Of a DNA stretch of 64,000 nt, positions 1 to 9,049 are shown piece after piece. The notes beneath the pieces are model-generated. The model was not told the origin of the DNA and did not search any database. It saw nothing but the letters and a program-made list of their open reading frames with translations. A program made the translations under genes and the position numbers. Position 1 is the first letter of the stretch, and every line of letters begins with the position of its first letter. The stretch is from Candidatus Calditenuis fumarioli (GTDB lineage: Archaea > Thermoproteota > Nitrososphaeria_A > Caldarchaeales > Calditenuaceae), in the NCBI GenBank assembly GCA_030059665.1, contig JANVYR010000002.1, positions 448,001-512,000 of the forward strand, given 5' to 3'.

Positions 1-2
1 AC

Positions 3-932
3 GGCCACCTCCTCTGGGCCTTCAACTCATGGGATCCTGCGAAGAGCGGAGGAGATCCGAGATACGGCATCAAACCATCAAAGTATGTCAGGTTCCTGAA
101 TCCTCTCGATCCGAAGGACATGAACTGGAGATGGCAGGGTGAGTGGACCACAGGACAAGAGTACGAATACATTAAGAACCACGGAGCATTCTATCAGAAC
201 CCGCCAGGCGTTGGTGGGATCGAAAGCGATCCTGCTTATGATCCTCAGAGAAACAGACTGTTCGTGGCGGTCTACAATTACCCATCCGCCTATACCATTC
301 AAAATGTTGGACCTGGTACTGGATGGCCAGCAGGCCGAGGATTAAGGGGCGGTACTCTGCCTCCTGCTCCGATCAACACCACCATATACGCCATAGATGT
401 GAACACCGGAAGGGTTGTATGGAACACGTTCGTAGACGGCGTTCCGTACAGAGGTGGGTTAACCACATCCAATGGTCTCGTATTCGCGACCTTCAACGAC
501 GGCACCCTCAGGATTTACGATGCCGATACGGGAGCAGAGCTTAAGCGGGTGATAATAGGCGGTCCGGTTCTCGTGCAACCGTCGTTAGCGACCACCGCTG
601 ACGGTAAGATCAGGGTTCTGGTGCCCGTCTCTGTACCCCTATCGCTATGGGGTCCGACAACGAACCTTCCAGGTTTCGTCGTCGCTCTAGGCCTTCCTGA
701 TGTCATAGCAGAGAGAACGGTAGTCCAGGAGAGGACAGTGGTCCAGACTCAGGTCAGGACTCAAGTCCAGACGGTAGTCCAGACCGCAGTCGCTACTCAG
801 GTGGTCACTCAGGTACAGACTCAGGTCAGGGAGGTTGAGGTTATACCTGCTTGGGTCTATGCCGTTGCAGGCGTCGCAGTAGTAGCTGTGATAGCTGCAG
901 CCACGATAGCTGCCAGGGGAAGGAGGAGGTAA
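3..932 (+). CDS. PQQ-type beta-propeller dehydrogenase-like surface protein, paralog 1 (5' end outside window)
   Basis: Frame is open from base 3 (GHLLWAFNSWDP...). It has ESDPAYDP and YRGGLTTSNGLVF propeller motifs, a V/Q/T-rich stalk, a C-terminal TM helix and a basic tail. Confidence 0.85.
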   Translation, partial: GHLLWAFNSWDPAKSGGDPRYGIKPSKYVRFLNPLDPKDMNWRWQGEWTTGQEYEYIKNHGAFYQNPPGVGGIESDPAYDPQRNRLFVAVYNYPSAYTIQNVGPGTGWPAGRGLRGGTLPPAPINTTIYAIDVNTGRVVWNTFVDGVPYRGGLTTSNGLVFATFNDGTLRIYDADTGAELKRVIIGGPVLVQPSLATTADGKIRVLVPVSVPLSLWGPTTNLPGFVVALGLPDVIAERTVVQERTVVQTQVRTQVQTVVQTAVATQVVTQVQTQVREVEVIPAWVYAVAGVAVVAVIAAATIAARGRRR

Positions 933-961
933 AGTAGACAAACCGGATAACGAGCTCAAAA
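687..961 (+). repeat. 275-bp perfect inverted repeat, copy A (3' end of paralog 1 plus 29 bp downstream)
   Basis: Identical to the reverse complement of 8775-9049; the ORF track gives the same 90-aa shadow ORF at 687-959 and 8777-9049. Confidence 0.95.
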
Positions 962-1145
962 GGCCCTTATACTTTTTATGCGATTTTTCTTTCTTTTAGC
1001 GAGATTGAAACGTCTGTCTTTTACACTCGCGCACTCGGAAAAATCATACCTGCAATAAAATGGTATCAAGGGCAAATTGCTTAAATTGGTTGCAAACAGC
1101 CATCTTTAAAAGCTTATATACAAACAATTGATTTCCAAGATCGAC

Positions 1146-3344
1146 ATGTTGAGGGGAGAAGTCTTTGGAATCGCCTTGGTGCTCTCAATGACCACTTTAT
1201 TCCTGACCTCAACGATAGCATATGCGCAGCAAACAACTGATTGGTCATACTATAATGGCAACAAATGGGGATGGAACTACGCGTTCCAGAACCAGATTGG
1301 CAAGCAAAACGCGCAATTCGTAGAGGTGAAGTGGGTGTTTCCGGTGCCTGCAAATCCGGGCGACCCAGCCAAATTCTTCGTGACCGAGGGCGTTGGTCTA
1401 ATACCTCTTGTATACAAAGGAGTCGTTTACTTTATGACCAATTGGAACAGAGTGTACGCATTGGATGCGAAGAGTGGGAAGACCTTATGGTTCAGGGACC
1501 TTTCGCCTCCCGCAGATTGGATAGATCGGTTCAAATCAGGTCCATTCGCGATGTATTACTCGTTCGGCGGTCATTATCACCAGCAATACATCTTCGAGCT
1601 TGGAGGAAAACCGTATATTGCCATTGTGACTGACTGGTACGAACTATTCCTATTGGATCCTTTAACCGGCGATATAAGGCTCAGGTATCTTATTTTGGAT
1701 CCTGAATGGGTGAAGAACAACGTAGTCGGTAATCGGGGTGTTTATCATCTTATAAGCCCTAACTATATTATAGATACTAAGCGAAACATTCTAGTAACGA
1801 TGACAAACTCTAGGCACTCGCAGGATGCTGGGCGTGCCTTCATCATAGGTGTTGATTTAGGCCCATGGGTGAGGGGGGAGGGGCAACCGAGGATCAAATG
1901 GATCACGTATACCATGCCACCGCAGGACGGATCCGACCCGATGTGGAGCATTAACTCCGTTAACTCCATGAAAGGAGCTTGGGCTTGGGACGGCGAGAAG
2001 CTTGTGGACCTGAAGGCCATGCCGGACGATCTAAAAATGCAGATACTGTACGACGATTGGGGATTCAAAAGGTTTTATGAGCAGTATCCGAACGAGAAGG
2101 TCAGCTATGCTGGCGGGGCAGGAGCTGGGTTTGGAGGTATGTTCGTGGCTGATGAGGAAAGGGGACTCACTTATGTGTACACTAACCAGCCTGGGCCTTT
2201 CTTCAACGCTACGTTCAGACCAGGTCCCAACCTTTGGTCCGATTCGATCCTCGCAATCGATACTGAGACGGGAAGGATAGTATGGGCGGTTTCCACGCAT
2301 CCACACGACCTATGGGATTGGGACTGTGCATGGAACATCGTTCTAGCCAAGAACGCGCTTGTCAAAAACCAGAAGAGGGATGTTCTGCTGAAGGCATGCA
2401 AGAACGGAGTCCTCATGGCATTGGATCCCGATAGCGGGTCCCTGTTATGGGCCTTCAACCCCTGGCATCCAGAGAGGTATGGGGGCAATCCTGCTTACGG
2501 CGTTAAACCGTCCAAGTACGCGAGGTTCCTCAACCCCCTTGATCCGAAAGACATGAATTGGAGATGGCAAGGCGAGTGGGAGACCGACCCGGCGTCTTCC
2601 AACGCGATAAAGACGCACCAACCAATCATAGTGAATCCAGGTCCTTTGGGAGCTGTCGAGAGCGATATAGCGTATGACCCTGAGAGGAACTACGTTTTCA
2701 TAGCAACTTATAACATTCCGTATAAGTTATCCATACAGAACTGCGGTCCAGGTACCCAGAGACCACAAAACAACTGCGGTTCGTCGAGCAGATTAGGGAA
2801 GGAGAACACCACTATTTACGCGATAGACGTCAATAACGGCAGGGTCGTCTGGGAACACTTTATTCCAGACCTTCCGTTTAGGGGTGGCCTTACAACATCC
2901 AATGGTCTGGTTTTCGTACCATTGATCGACGGCACGCTAAGGATCCTCGACGCGGACAACGGGAGGGAGCTGAAACGACTCGTATTCGGAGGATATATAG
3001 TACAGCCACCGTCGATAGCTGCCGATGTCGACGGGAAGGTGAAACTTTTCCTAGCAGTTGGCGGTGCCCCACAAATATGGGGGCCTCAACTGCCTGGCTT
3101 CGTCGTAGCTCTAGGTCTTCCGGAAGTAATCGCAGAAAGAACGGTAATCCAAGAAAGGACCTTTATACAGATTCAAACGCAAACACAAGTGATTACACAA
3201 TTACAGACAAGTGTGGTTACGCAGGTACAGACTCAAGTTAGAGAGGTCGAGGTTATTCCTGCATGGGTTTATGGAACTACTGGAATTGCTGTGATTGCAG
3301 CTATTACGGCAGCTACGATAGCGATCAGAGGAAGGCGTAAGTAA
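1146..3344 (+). CDS. PQQ-type beta-propeller dehydrogenase-like surface protein, paralog 2
   Basis: Signal peptide; RPGPNLWSDSILAID and PHDLWDWD match PQQ dehydrogenase motifs; C-terminal stalk and TM anchor. ATG 1146 chosen because TTATATA at 1114-1120 sits about 26 bp upstream (track start is TTG 1128). Confidence 0.88.
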   Translation: MLRGEVFGIALVLSMTTLFLTSTIAYAQQTTDWSYYNGNKWGWNYAFQNQIGKQNAQFVEVKWVFPVPANPGDPAKFFVTEGVGLIPLVYKGVVYFMTNWNRVYALDAKSGKTLWFRDLSPPADWIDRFKSGPFAMYYSFGGHYHQQYIFELGGKPYIAIVTDWYELFLLDPLTGDIRLRYLILDPEWVKNNVVGNRGVYHLISPNYIIDTKRNILVTMTNSRHSQDAGRAFIIGVDLGPWVRGEGQPRIKWITYTMPPQDGSDPMWSINSVNSMKGAWAWDGEKLVDLKAMPDDLKMQILYDDWGFKRFYEQYPNEKVSYAGGAGAGFGGMFVADEERGLTYVYTNQPGPFFNATFRPGPNLWSDSILAIDTETGRIVWAVSTHPHDLWDWDCAWNIVLAKNALVKNQKRDVLLKACKNGVLMALDPDSGSLLWAFNPWHPERYGGNPAYGVKPSKYARFLNPLDPKDMNWRWQGEWETDPASSNAIKTHQPIIVNPGPLGAVESDIAYDPERNYVFIATYNIPYKLSIQNCGPGTQRPQNNCGSSSRLGKENTTIYAIDVNNGRVVWEHFIPDLPFRGGLTTSNGLVFVPLIDGTLRILDADNGRELKRLVFGGYIVQPPSIAADVDGKVKLFLAVGGAPQIWGPQLPGFVVALGLPEVIAERTVIQERTFIQIQTQTQVITQLQTSVVTQVQTQVREVEVIPAWVYGTTGIAVIAAITAATIAIRGRRK

Positions 3345-3408
3345 TCTTGTGAATGAAAGGTCGCCAGTTTTTGTTTTTATGTTAATTCATACTTTGGATT
3401 TTCACAAA

Positions 3409-3834
3409 ATGAGAGTAAATAAAAGGAATACAATACTTTTCACTATTCTGATTATAATGATTGGTACAATCTTACTTTTAATATCTTTCCTAATTAATAA
3501 TGAGTTTATACAGGTGAAAAATATAGAAAAAACTACAAAGATTACCATTGTTGCAACCGATTACAGCTTTTCGGAGAGAGTTATAAACGTACGGAAAGGT
3601 TACACTGTGACGTTCGTCTTAGTTAATAAAGGACGTTACCCCCATAACTTTGTCCTTAAATTCAAAGACAGGATTGTTGAATTGGTGTCAGTTCTTATGC
3701 CAGGTGATAATTCTACGTTCGTATTCACGTTTGCTGATCCAGGCAGGTATGAATTCCTTTGCACAGTAGAGTACCCGGCTCCTATACCACATTACGAGCT
3801 GGGTATGAAGGGTGAAGTCTATGTTAATCAGTAA
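3409..3834 (+). CDS. Membrane-anchored type-1 (blue) cupredoxin
   Basis: N-terminal TM helix; HNF...CTVEYPAPIPHYELGM gives His/Cys/His/Met ligands. Confidence 0.88.
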   Translation: MRVNKRNTILFTILIIMIGTILLLISFLINNEFIQVKNIEKTTKITIVATDYSFSERVINVRKGYTVTFVLVNKGRYPHNFVLKFKDRIVELVSVLMPGDNSTFVFTFADPGRYEFLCTVEYPAPIPHYELGMKGEVYVNQ

Positions 3835-4065
3835 TTGCCAAACTGGTACGTTCAATCCGTCATAAAAAGCTGATAGGTGGTCCCCTACCTAAACGCTCGT
3901 TGGATCAGCAGAGCTTGAGGTCTTGCACTAATCCACCGCATTTGAGAAGCGCTATTTGCCTCACGTGGTATGACTCGTCAAGTCTCTTTCGAGCCCTCCT
4001 TGGTCCACATAACGGTCGTTATGGGGGACTAGAGCTAAATACAGCGTTATAATTTTTAACGCAGT

Positions 4066-4551
4066 ATGCGTACATCTAGATTGGTATTGGTTATAACCTT
4101 GATCGCGATATTGGTTATAGCGGCAGCTCTTGCAACTTTCCTTAGACAGCCTGGTCCACGTGAGGTTCGGATAAAGGTCACGGAATTCTCATACCAGGTG
4201 GATAGCGGCCAGCCCATCATCACACTGAAGGTAGGGGAAGAGATTAGAGTAGTTTTAGAGAACGTAGGGAAACACGATCACGAGTTCCTATTAGTCCGTG
4301 ATAAGGACGTGGCAATACAAACGGTCAGGGAGGAGCTGGCGAAGGGTACACCCGATGAGGCGCTAGACCGGCTTAAATCTAACATGGCAGTGATGGGCAT
4401 CAGATATGAAGTAGAGCCTGGAAGCCTCACGATCTTTAGGCTGAGGTTCACCACACCGGGGACGTTCTACTTCGTCTGCCTCGAGACGGAACCTAGAGGA
4501 GTGCCTCATGCAGAACTGGGAGAAGTGGGACAGATAGTTGTGGAGGGTTAA
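4066..4551 (+). CDS. Membrane-anchored cupredoxin with Glu at the axial-Met position
   Basis: HEF...CLETEPRGVPHAELGEVG aligns with the previous gene, with E in place of M. Confidence 0.82.
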   Translation: MRTSRLVLVITLIAILVIAAALATFLRQPGPREVRIKVTEFSYQVDSGQPIITLKVGEEIRVVLENVGKHDHEFLLVRDKDVAIQTVREELAKGTPDEALDRLKSNMAVMGIRYEVEPGSLTIFRLRFTTPGTFYFVCLETEPRGVPHAELGEVGQIVVEG

Positions 4552-4557
4552 GGCGCA

Positions 4558-5613
4558 TTGAGGATTTCCCTGGAACGGCTGGAGAAGTCCTATGGAGGTA
4601 GAAAGGTGCTGAAGGGGATAGACCTGGATATAGGATCGGGTGAGCTCTTCTGCGTGTTGGGTCCCTCGGGCAGTGGTAAGACCACCCTGTTAAAACTGAT
4701 CGCGGGCTTGGAAAGGCCCGACAGCGGCAGGATACTCTTCAACGGGGACGACGTAACGGAGGTCCCAGCAGGGGAGAGAGGCGTCTCCATGGTGTTCCAG
4801 AACCTAGCGCTCTTCCCCAACATGACGGCCTTTGAGAACGTCGCCTTCCCCTTGAGGGTTCGGAGGTTTTCCGAGGAGGAGGTTAAAAGGAGGGTGAGGG
4901 AGATATCCGAGCTTCTCCGGATTGAGGGACTTCTCGACCGGAAGGTCGAGACCCTCAGCGGTGGGGAGAGGCAGAGGGTGGCCCTAGCGCGGGCCCTGGT
5001 TTACGAGCCCAGGGTGTTCCTCTTAGATGAGCCTCTGACAGGATTGGAACCACAGTTAAGGCGGGAGATCCGGGAGGAGGTGAAGAGGATCCAACGGGTC
5101 ACAAAAATCACTACAGTCTACGTTACACACGACCAAGGGGAGGCCTTCGCACTGGCAGACAGACTAGCCTTGCTGAGGGATGGGGAGGTCCAAGAGGTCG
5201 GTGACCCGATCAGCGTTTACACGAGGCCAAGGAACCTATGGGTTGCTGAGTTCCTGAGCGATACGCCGTTGAACGTCTTCAGGGGCAGGGTCGAGGGGCG
5301 AATGGTCCACGTGGAAGGGTTAGGGTGCGCGTTGGACGCCCCGAAAGGAGTTGAGGACGGACAGAGGTTGATTGTCGTGTTCAGACCTGAAGACCTCAAA
5401 ATTTGTGAGGAAACCCCGCACCTACCGACAGGAACTGTTCGGAGGATCGAATTCGTCGGCGACAGAGCGGTATATGAGGTGGACATAGGAACCACGTCGA
5501 TTTACATTAAGGAATTCAAACCGCAATGGTTCCCCAAATTATACGGGCGGGTGTCGATCAGATACAATCCGGAGGTCGTGCTGTTCTTCAACGAGGCGGG
5601 TGAGGCACTATGA
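4558..5613 (+). CDS. ABC transporter ATP-binding subunit (MalK/CUT1 type)
   Basis: GPSGSGKT, LSGGERQ, LLDEP, VTHDQ motifs and a C-terminal TOBE-like region. Confidence 0.93.
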   Translation: MRISLERLEKSYGGRKVLKGIDLDIGSGELFCVLGPSGSGKTTLLKLIAGLERPDSGRILFNGDDVTEVPAGERGVSMVFQNLALFPNMTAFENVAFPLRVRRFSEEEVKRRVREISELLRIEGLLDRKVETLSGGERQRVALARALVYEPRVFLLDEPLTGLEPQLRREIREEVKRIQRVTKITTVYVTHDQGEAFALADRLALLRDGEVQEVGDPISVYTRPRNLWVAEFLSDTPLNVFRGRVEGRMVHVEGLGCALDAPKGVEDGQRLIVVFRPEDLKICEETPHLPTGTVRRIEFVGDRAVYEVDIGTTSIYIKEFKPQWFPKLYGRVSIRYNPEVVLFFNEAGEAL

Positions 5614-6482
5614 GGCTCAGCTCTCTCATATGGTCGATTACTGTACTGGCTGTTGCGGTATTGGGCTCTTTGGTTCCGTTAGCATACACGTTGTACCTGA
5701 GTTTTATTTCGCCAGGAGGTGAGGTGGGAACGTTAACCCTCAAGAACTTCGCATCGGTCATCTCGGACGTTAACTTCTACAGGTCAACTTTCCTCTCGAT
5801 TGCCTACACTTTACTGTCGTTAATGGGATCGCTGGTGATTGGCGTGGCCGCTGCCCTCGTTCTCTCGGCACTCGGCAGGAGCAACAGGATCCTAGAGGGT
5901 CTTTACGCGATGCCTCTAGCCGTCTCACCCATCATCGCAGGTATCCTCTGGTCACCTCCCGCTGTATGGGACGACATCAACTCCCTTCTTCACGTATCCT
6001 TTGGACTTCCGTTCATAGACGTAACAGATGCCATAATTTACTTCCCCATAATGACTCTGGCTGAAAGCTGGCTTTGGTCACCACTGTTCATGTTAGCGTC
6101 ACTGATCGTCATAGAGGACATCCCGAAGGAATGTGTCGGAGCTGCGAGGCTGATGGGCGCGAACGAATTTGACCTGCTTAGATACCTCTACCTCCCCTCC
6201 ATCCTTCGATCGAACGTCGTTAGGACGCTCATGATCATAAAGTCGATAGATTTCTTCAGGGCTTTCGAGATACCATTTGCATGGAGCAACTGGGTACGGG
6301 CAACGCAGGTGGGTGAAGCTACCGACACCTTAAGCCTCCTTTTGTTCAAGCAGCTAGTCTATCCACCGTCCGGTCTGCCCTCCATCCAGTACATAGCGAC
6401 AGTTTCGATGCTGCTTCTGGGGGTCAGCCTATCAGTTGCTTTCGTCCTCTTCAGGGTCTTCGTGCAGGGGGAACGATCATGA
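5610..6482 (+). CDS. Carbohydrate ABC transporter permease (MalF-like)
   Basis: Multi-TM with an EAA-like loop (GAARLMGA); 4-bp overlap with the ATPase gene. Confidence 0.85.
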   Translation: MRLSSLIWSITVLAVAVLGSLVPLAYTLYLSFISPGGEVGTLTLKNFASVISDVNFYRSTFLSIAYTLLSLMGSLVIGVAAALVLSALGRSNRILEGLYAMPLAVSPIIAGILWSPPAVWDDINSLLHVSFGLPFIDVTDAIIYFPIMTLAESWLWSPLFMLASLIVIEDIPKECVGAARLMGANEFDLLRYLYLPSILRSNVVRTLMIIKSIDFFRAFEIPFAWSNWVRATQVGEATDTLSLLLFKQLVYPPSGLPSIQYIATVSMLLLGVSLSVAFVLFRVFVQGERS

Positions 6483-7330
6483 GGGTGACACGGTTATTAG
6501 TTTACGTCGCTGCAGCCGCCCTTGCACTCTTTTACGTATACCCGATAGCGAACATGGTCTTTGAAGGGTTCGACATAGATCTCTCCTCGATCTACGCACC
6601 TGGGTTCAGGTTGATAGGGGGAGTCCCATACTATTCAGGGGGGATAACGCCCTCTTTGACCTATTACATGGACATGTTCAGGGTTCAGGGATTCCAGAGG
6701 CTGATAACCAACAGCTTAGTTATAGGAACGGTCAGCGCACTCATAGCTACCGTTTTAGCACTGCTTTCGTCTTACCAATTGACGTTCGGCTCCAGATTCT
6801 TAGGGAGGAACATGGACTACCTGATGCTCGTCATGAGATCTGCTCCTCCGTTTGTGTACTTACTGCCGTTTCTGATAATAGCGGTGAACGTTGGGTTATG
6901 GGACACCCAAGCTGGTTTGACGCTTGCCTATACATCGCTCAACATACCTCTGGCCTATCTGCTTGTGAGGTCGTTGCTCAGGGACTTCCCTAAAGAACTA
7001 GTAGAGGTCGCGGAGTTGATGGGAGCACCGGCCACCGCCGTCCTAAGAAGGGTCATACTTCCTTTAGCGTTACCGGGGCTCGCAGTGATATGGACTTTCT
7101 TGTTCGTCGTTACTTGGAACGAGTTCCTCCTTGCTAGCATTCTCACAGGACCTGACGCGAGGACCGTAAGCGTGGGCGTTTGGGCGGGCGTTGGCGAACA
7201 AATAGGGACCTTCAGGACCGTTGAATTCGAGGCCCAAGCTGCAGCCGGAACCATAGCGATGATCGTTCCTTTGTTGATAACGCTCTATCTCAGGCGCAGG
7301 TTAGCCAGACTATTTTCGTTACGAGTGTGA
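6479..7330 (+). CDS. Carbohydrate ABC transporter permease (MalG-like)
   Basis: EVAELMGA loop and WNEFLLA motif. Confidence 0.88.
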   Translation: MRVTRLLVYVAAAALALFYVYPIANMVFEGFDIDLSSIYAPGFRLIGGVPYYSGGITPSLTYYMDMFRVQGFQRLITNSLVIGTVSALIATVLALLSSYQLTFGSRFLGRNMDYLMLVMRSAPPFVYLLPFLIIAVNVGLWDTQAGLTLAYTSLNIPLAYLLVRSLLRDFPKELVEVAELMGAPATAVLRRVILPLALPGLAVIWTFLFVVTWNEFLLASILTGPDARTVSVGVWAGVGEQIGTFRTVEFEAQAAAGTIAMIVPLLITLYLRRRLARLFSLRV

Positions 7331-7358
7331 ACACTGGTGATCTGTTCTCGGGCCAGCT

Positions 7359-7577
7359 TTAGGAAGCTAATCGTATACGCGAAAAATACCAAGCCATCAA
7401 CGTTACCAGACCTGTGAAGACCAAAACCAACGAGAAAAGGTACCACGATCTTATGTCCTGCCTGAAGAATTGGTGAGAAAGGTCCTCCAGCAATATTATT
7501 GCTATATAACCCATGAGGATAAGCGTAAGGGCCGTGAGCATCAACATCCTTGACGACAACCTCCAAAGACCTCTCAT
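7359..7577 (-). CDS. Small two-TM membrane protein
   Basis: ATGA overlap with the kelch gene stop; two hydrophobic stretches. Confidence 0.5.
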   Translation of the reverse strand: MRGLWRLSSRMLMLTALTLILMGYIAIILLEDLSHQFFRQDIRSWYLFSLVLVFTGLVTLMAWYFSRIRLAS

Positions 7578-8590
7578 TCCAATATTAGAACGTCATTTAC
7601 GTCGCTGACCGTGAGCCCTGGTCTAGGACCGCCGGCGATAACGTAGACTCTGTTACCTACGGTTGCTGCAGCGAGTCCGTGTCTAGGGGTGGGCATGTAT
7701 GTCAACGATGTCCATGATCCCCTGTTCACGTCGTATGCCTCGACCTCACCGAAGGTCCTCGTCTCGCTCTCTCCTCCGAAGACCATAACCATCCCCTTGA
7801 CAGCGACCGCCGCTATACCGCTTCTAGGTGTTGGCATAGGAGGACCCTCACTAAGGACTCCGGTATCTGCGTCATAGATCTCCAGGGTTCCCAGGTTGTT
7901 GATCCTTCCACCTGAGGGTGCCCTGCCGCCCACAACATAGATTCTCTTCCCCATTACGGCTGATGAGAGGTGTTCCCTCGCCACCCTTAGCGAGACACCA
8001 TCCACCACCGACAGTCTTTCGAGATCAACTATGGCGTGATCGTTCACCGCATGCCCCTTTCTGGCGCCACCGAAAATGTGGATCTCATTGCCCAGGACCT
8101 GTGCGGTGGCAGCTGCTATGGGTCTCTTTAGGGTGAGAAACACCTCCCACCCGTCAGACTTGACGCTGTAACGATAGATCCTGTCCTGTGCCGTCCAACC
8201 GTCGTCGTAGCCGCCGATCACGAAGATCTGATCGCCTTGACTTACCATTGCCACGTGATGGAGGGGGGCGGGCATTCTCGCCAGCTCCTTCCACCTAACT
8301 TCTGGGACGTCGAACGCGAAGAAGCGATCGGACGCACGACCTTCAGCGGTAAGTCCCCCCGCTAGATATATGGTCTGTCCGACCACTGTAGCAGCCACCT
8401 CGCTCAGCCTCACCGGCAAGGGAGGACCTGAATCCCACCGCACCGATATGGAGGATGTCCGCTCTGCTAGGGAAATCGCGGTTTGCGATTTCTCACCTGA
8501 AATCAGCTGGAGATATCTGAGACCAAATGCAGACAGTCCCGATAATACCGCCGCTCCTGCCAGCGCTATGAGAGCTCTTCGTCGGTTCAA
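7574..8590 (-). CDS. Exported kelch-repeat beta-propeller protein
   Basis: About six kelch repeats (IYLAGG, IFVIGG, IHIFGG, IYVVGG, VMVFGG, VYVIAGG); N-terminal RRR plus hydrophobic Tat-like signal. Confidence 0.9.
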   Translation of the reverse strand: MNRRRALIALAGAAVLSGLSAFGLRYLQLISGEKSQTAISLAERTSSISVRWDSGPPLPVRLSEVAATVVGQTIYLAGGLTAEGRASDRFFAFDVPEVRWKELARMPAPLHHVAMVSQGDQIFVIGGYDDGWTAQDRIYRYSVKSDGWEVFLTLKRPIAAATAQVLGNEIHIFGGARKGHAVNDHAIVDLERLSVVDGVSLRVAREHLSSAVMGKRIYVVGGRAPSGGRINNLGTLEIYDADTGVLSEGPPMPTPRSGIAAVAVKGMVMVFGGESETRTFGEVEAYDVNRGSWTSLTYMPTPRHGLAAATVGNRVYVIAGGPRPGLTVSDVNDVLILE

Positions 8591-8774
8591 AGCCCCCAGA
8601 ATCTTTCTCTACGCATTACCTTAAAATAATTGCTCGGTTTTGCGGCTTCATTAATCGTGGTACTTCCGGTTCGTGAGCCGGATAAGGGTCTTCCGAGATC
8701 GTCGTTGAAAGAGACACGCATCTTGATATCAAAAAAGGATAAGGGGACCGAGATCGCATAAAAGTCTAAGGTTT

Positions 8775-9049
8775 TTTTGAGCTCGTTATCCGGTTTGTCT
8801 ACTTTACCTCCTCCTTCCCCTGGCAGCTATCGTGGCTGCAGCTATCACAGCTACTACTGCGACGCCTGCAACGGCATAGACCCAAGCAGGTATAACCTCA
8901 ACCTCCCTGACCTGAGTCTGTACCTGAGTGACCACCTGAGTAGCGACTGCGGTCTGGACTACCGTCTGGACTTGAGTCCTGACCTGAGTCTGGACCACTG
9001 TCCTCTCCTGGACTACCGTTCTCTCTGCTATGACATCAGGAAGGCCTAG
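8775..9049 (-). repeat. 275-bp perfect inverted repeat, copy B
   Basis: Reverse complement of 687-961; identity breaks at 9050/686 and 8774/962. Confidence 0.95.
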
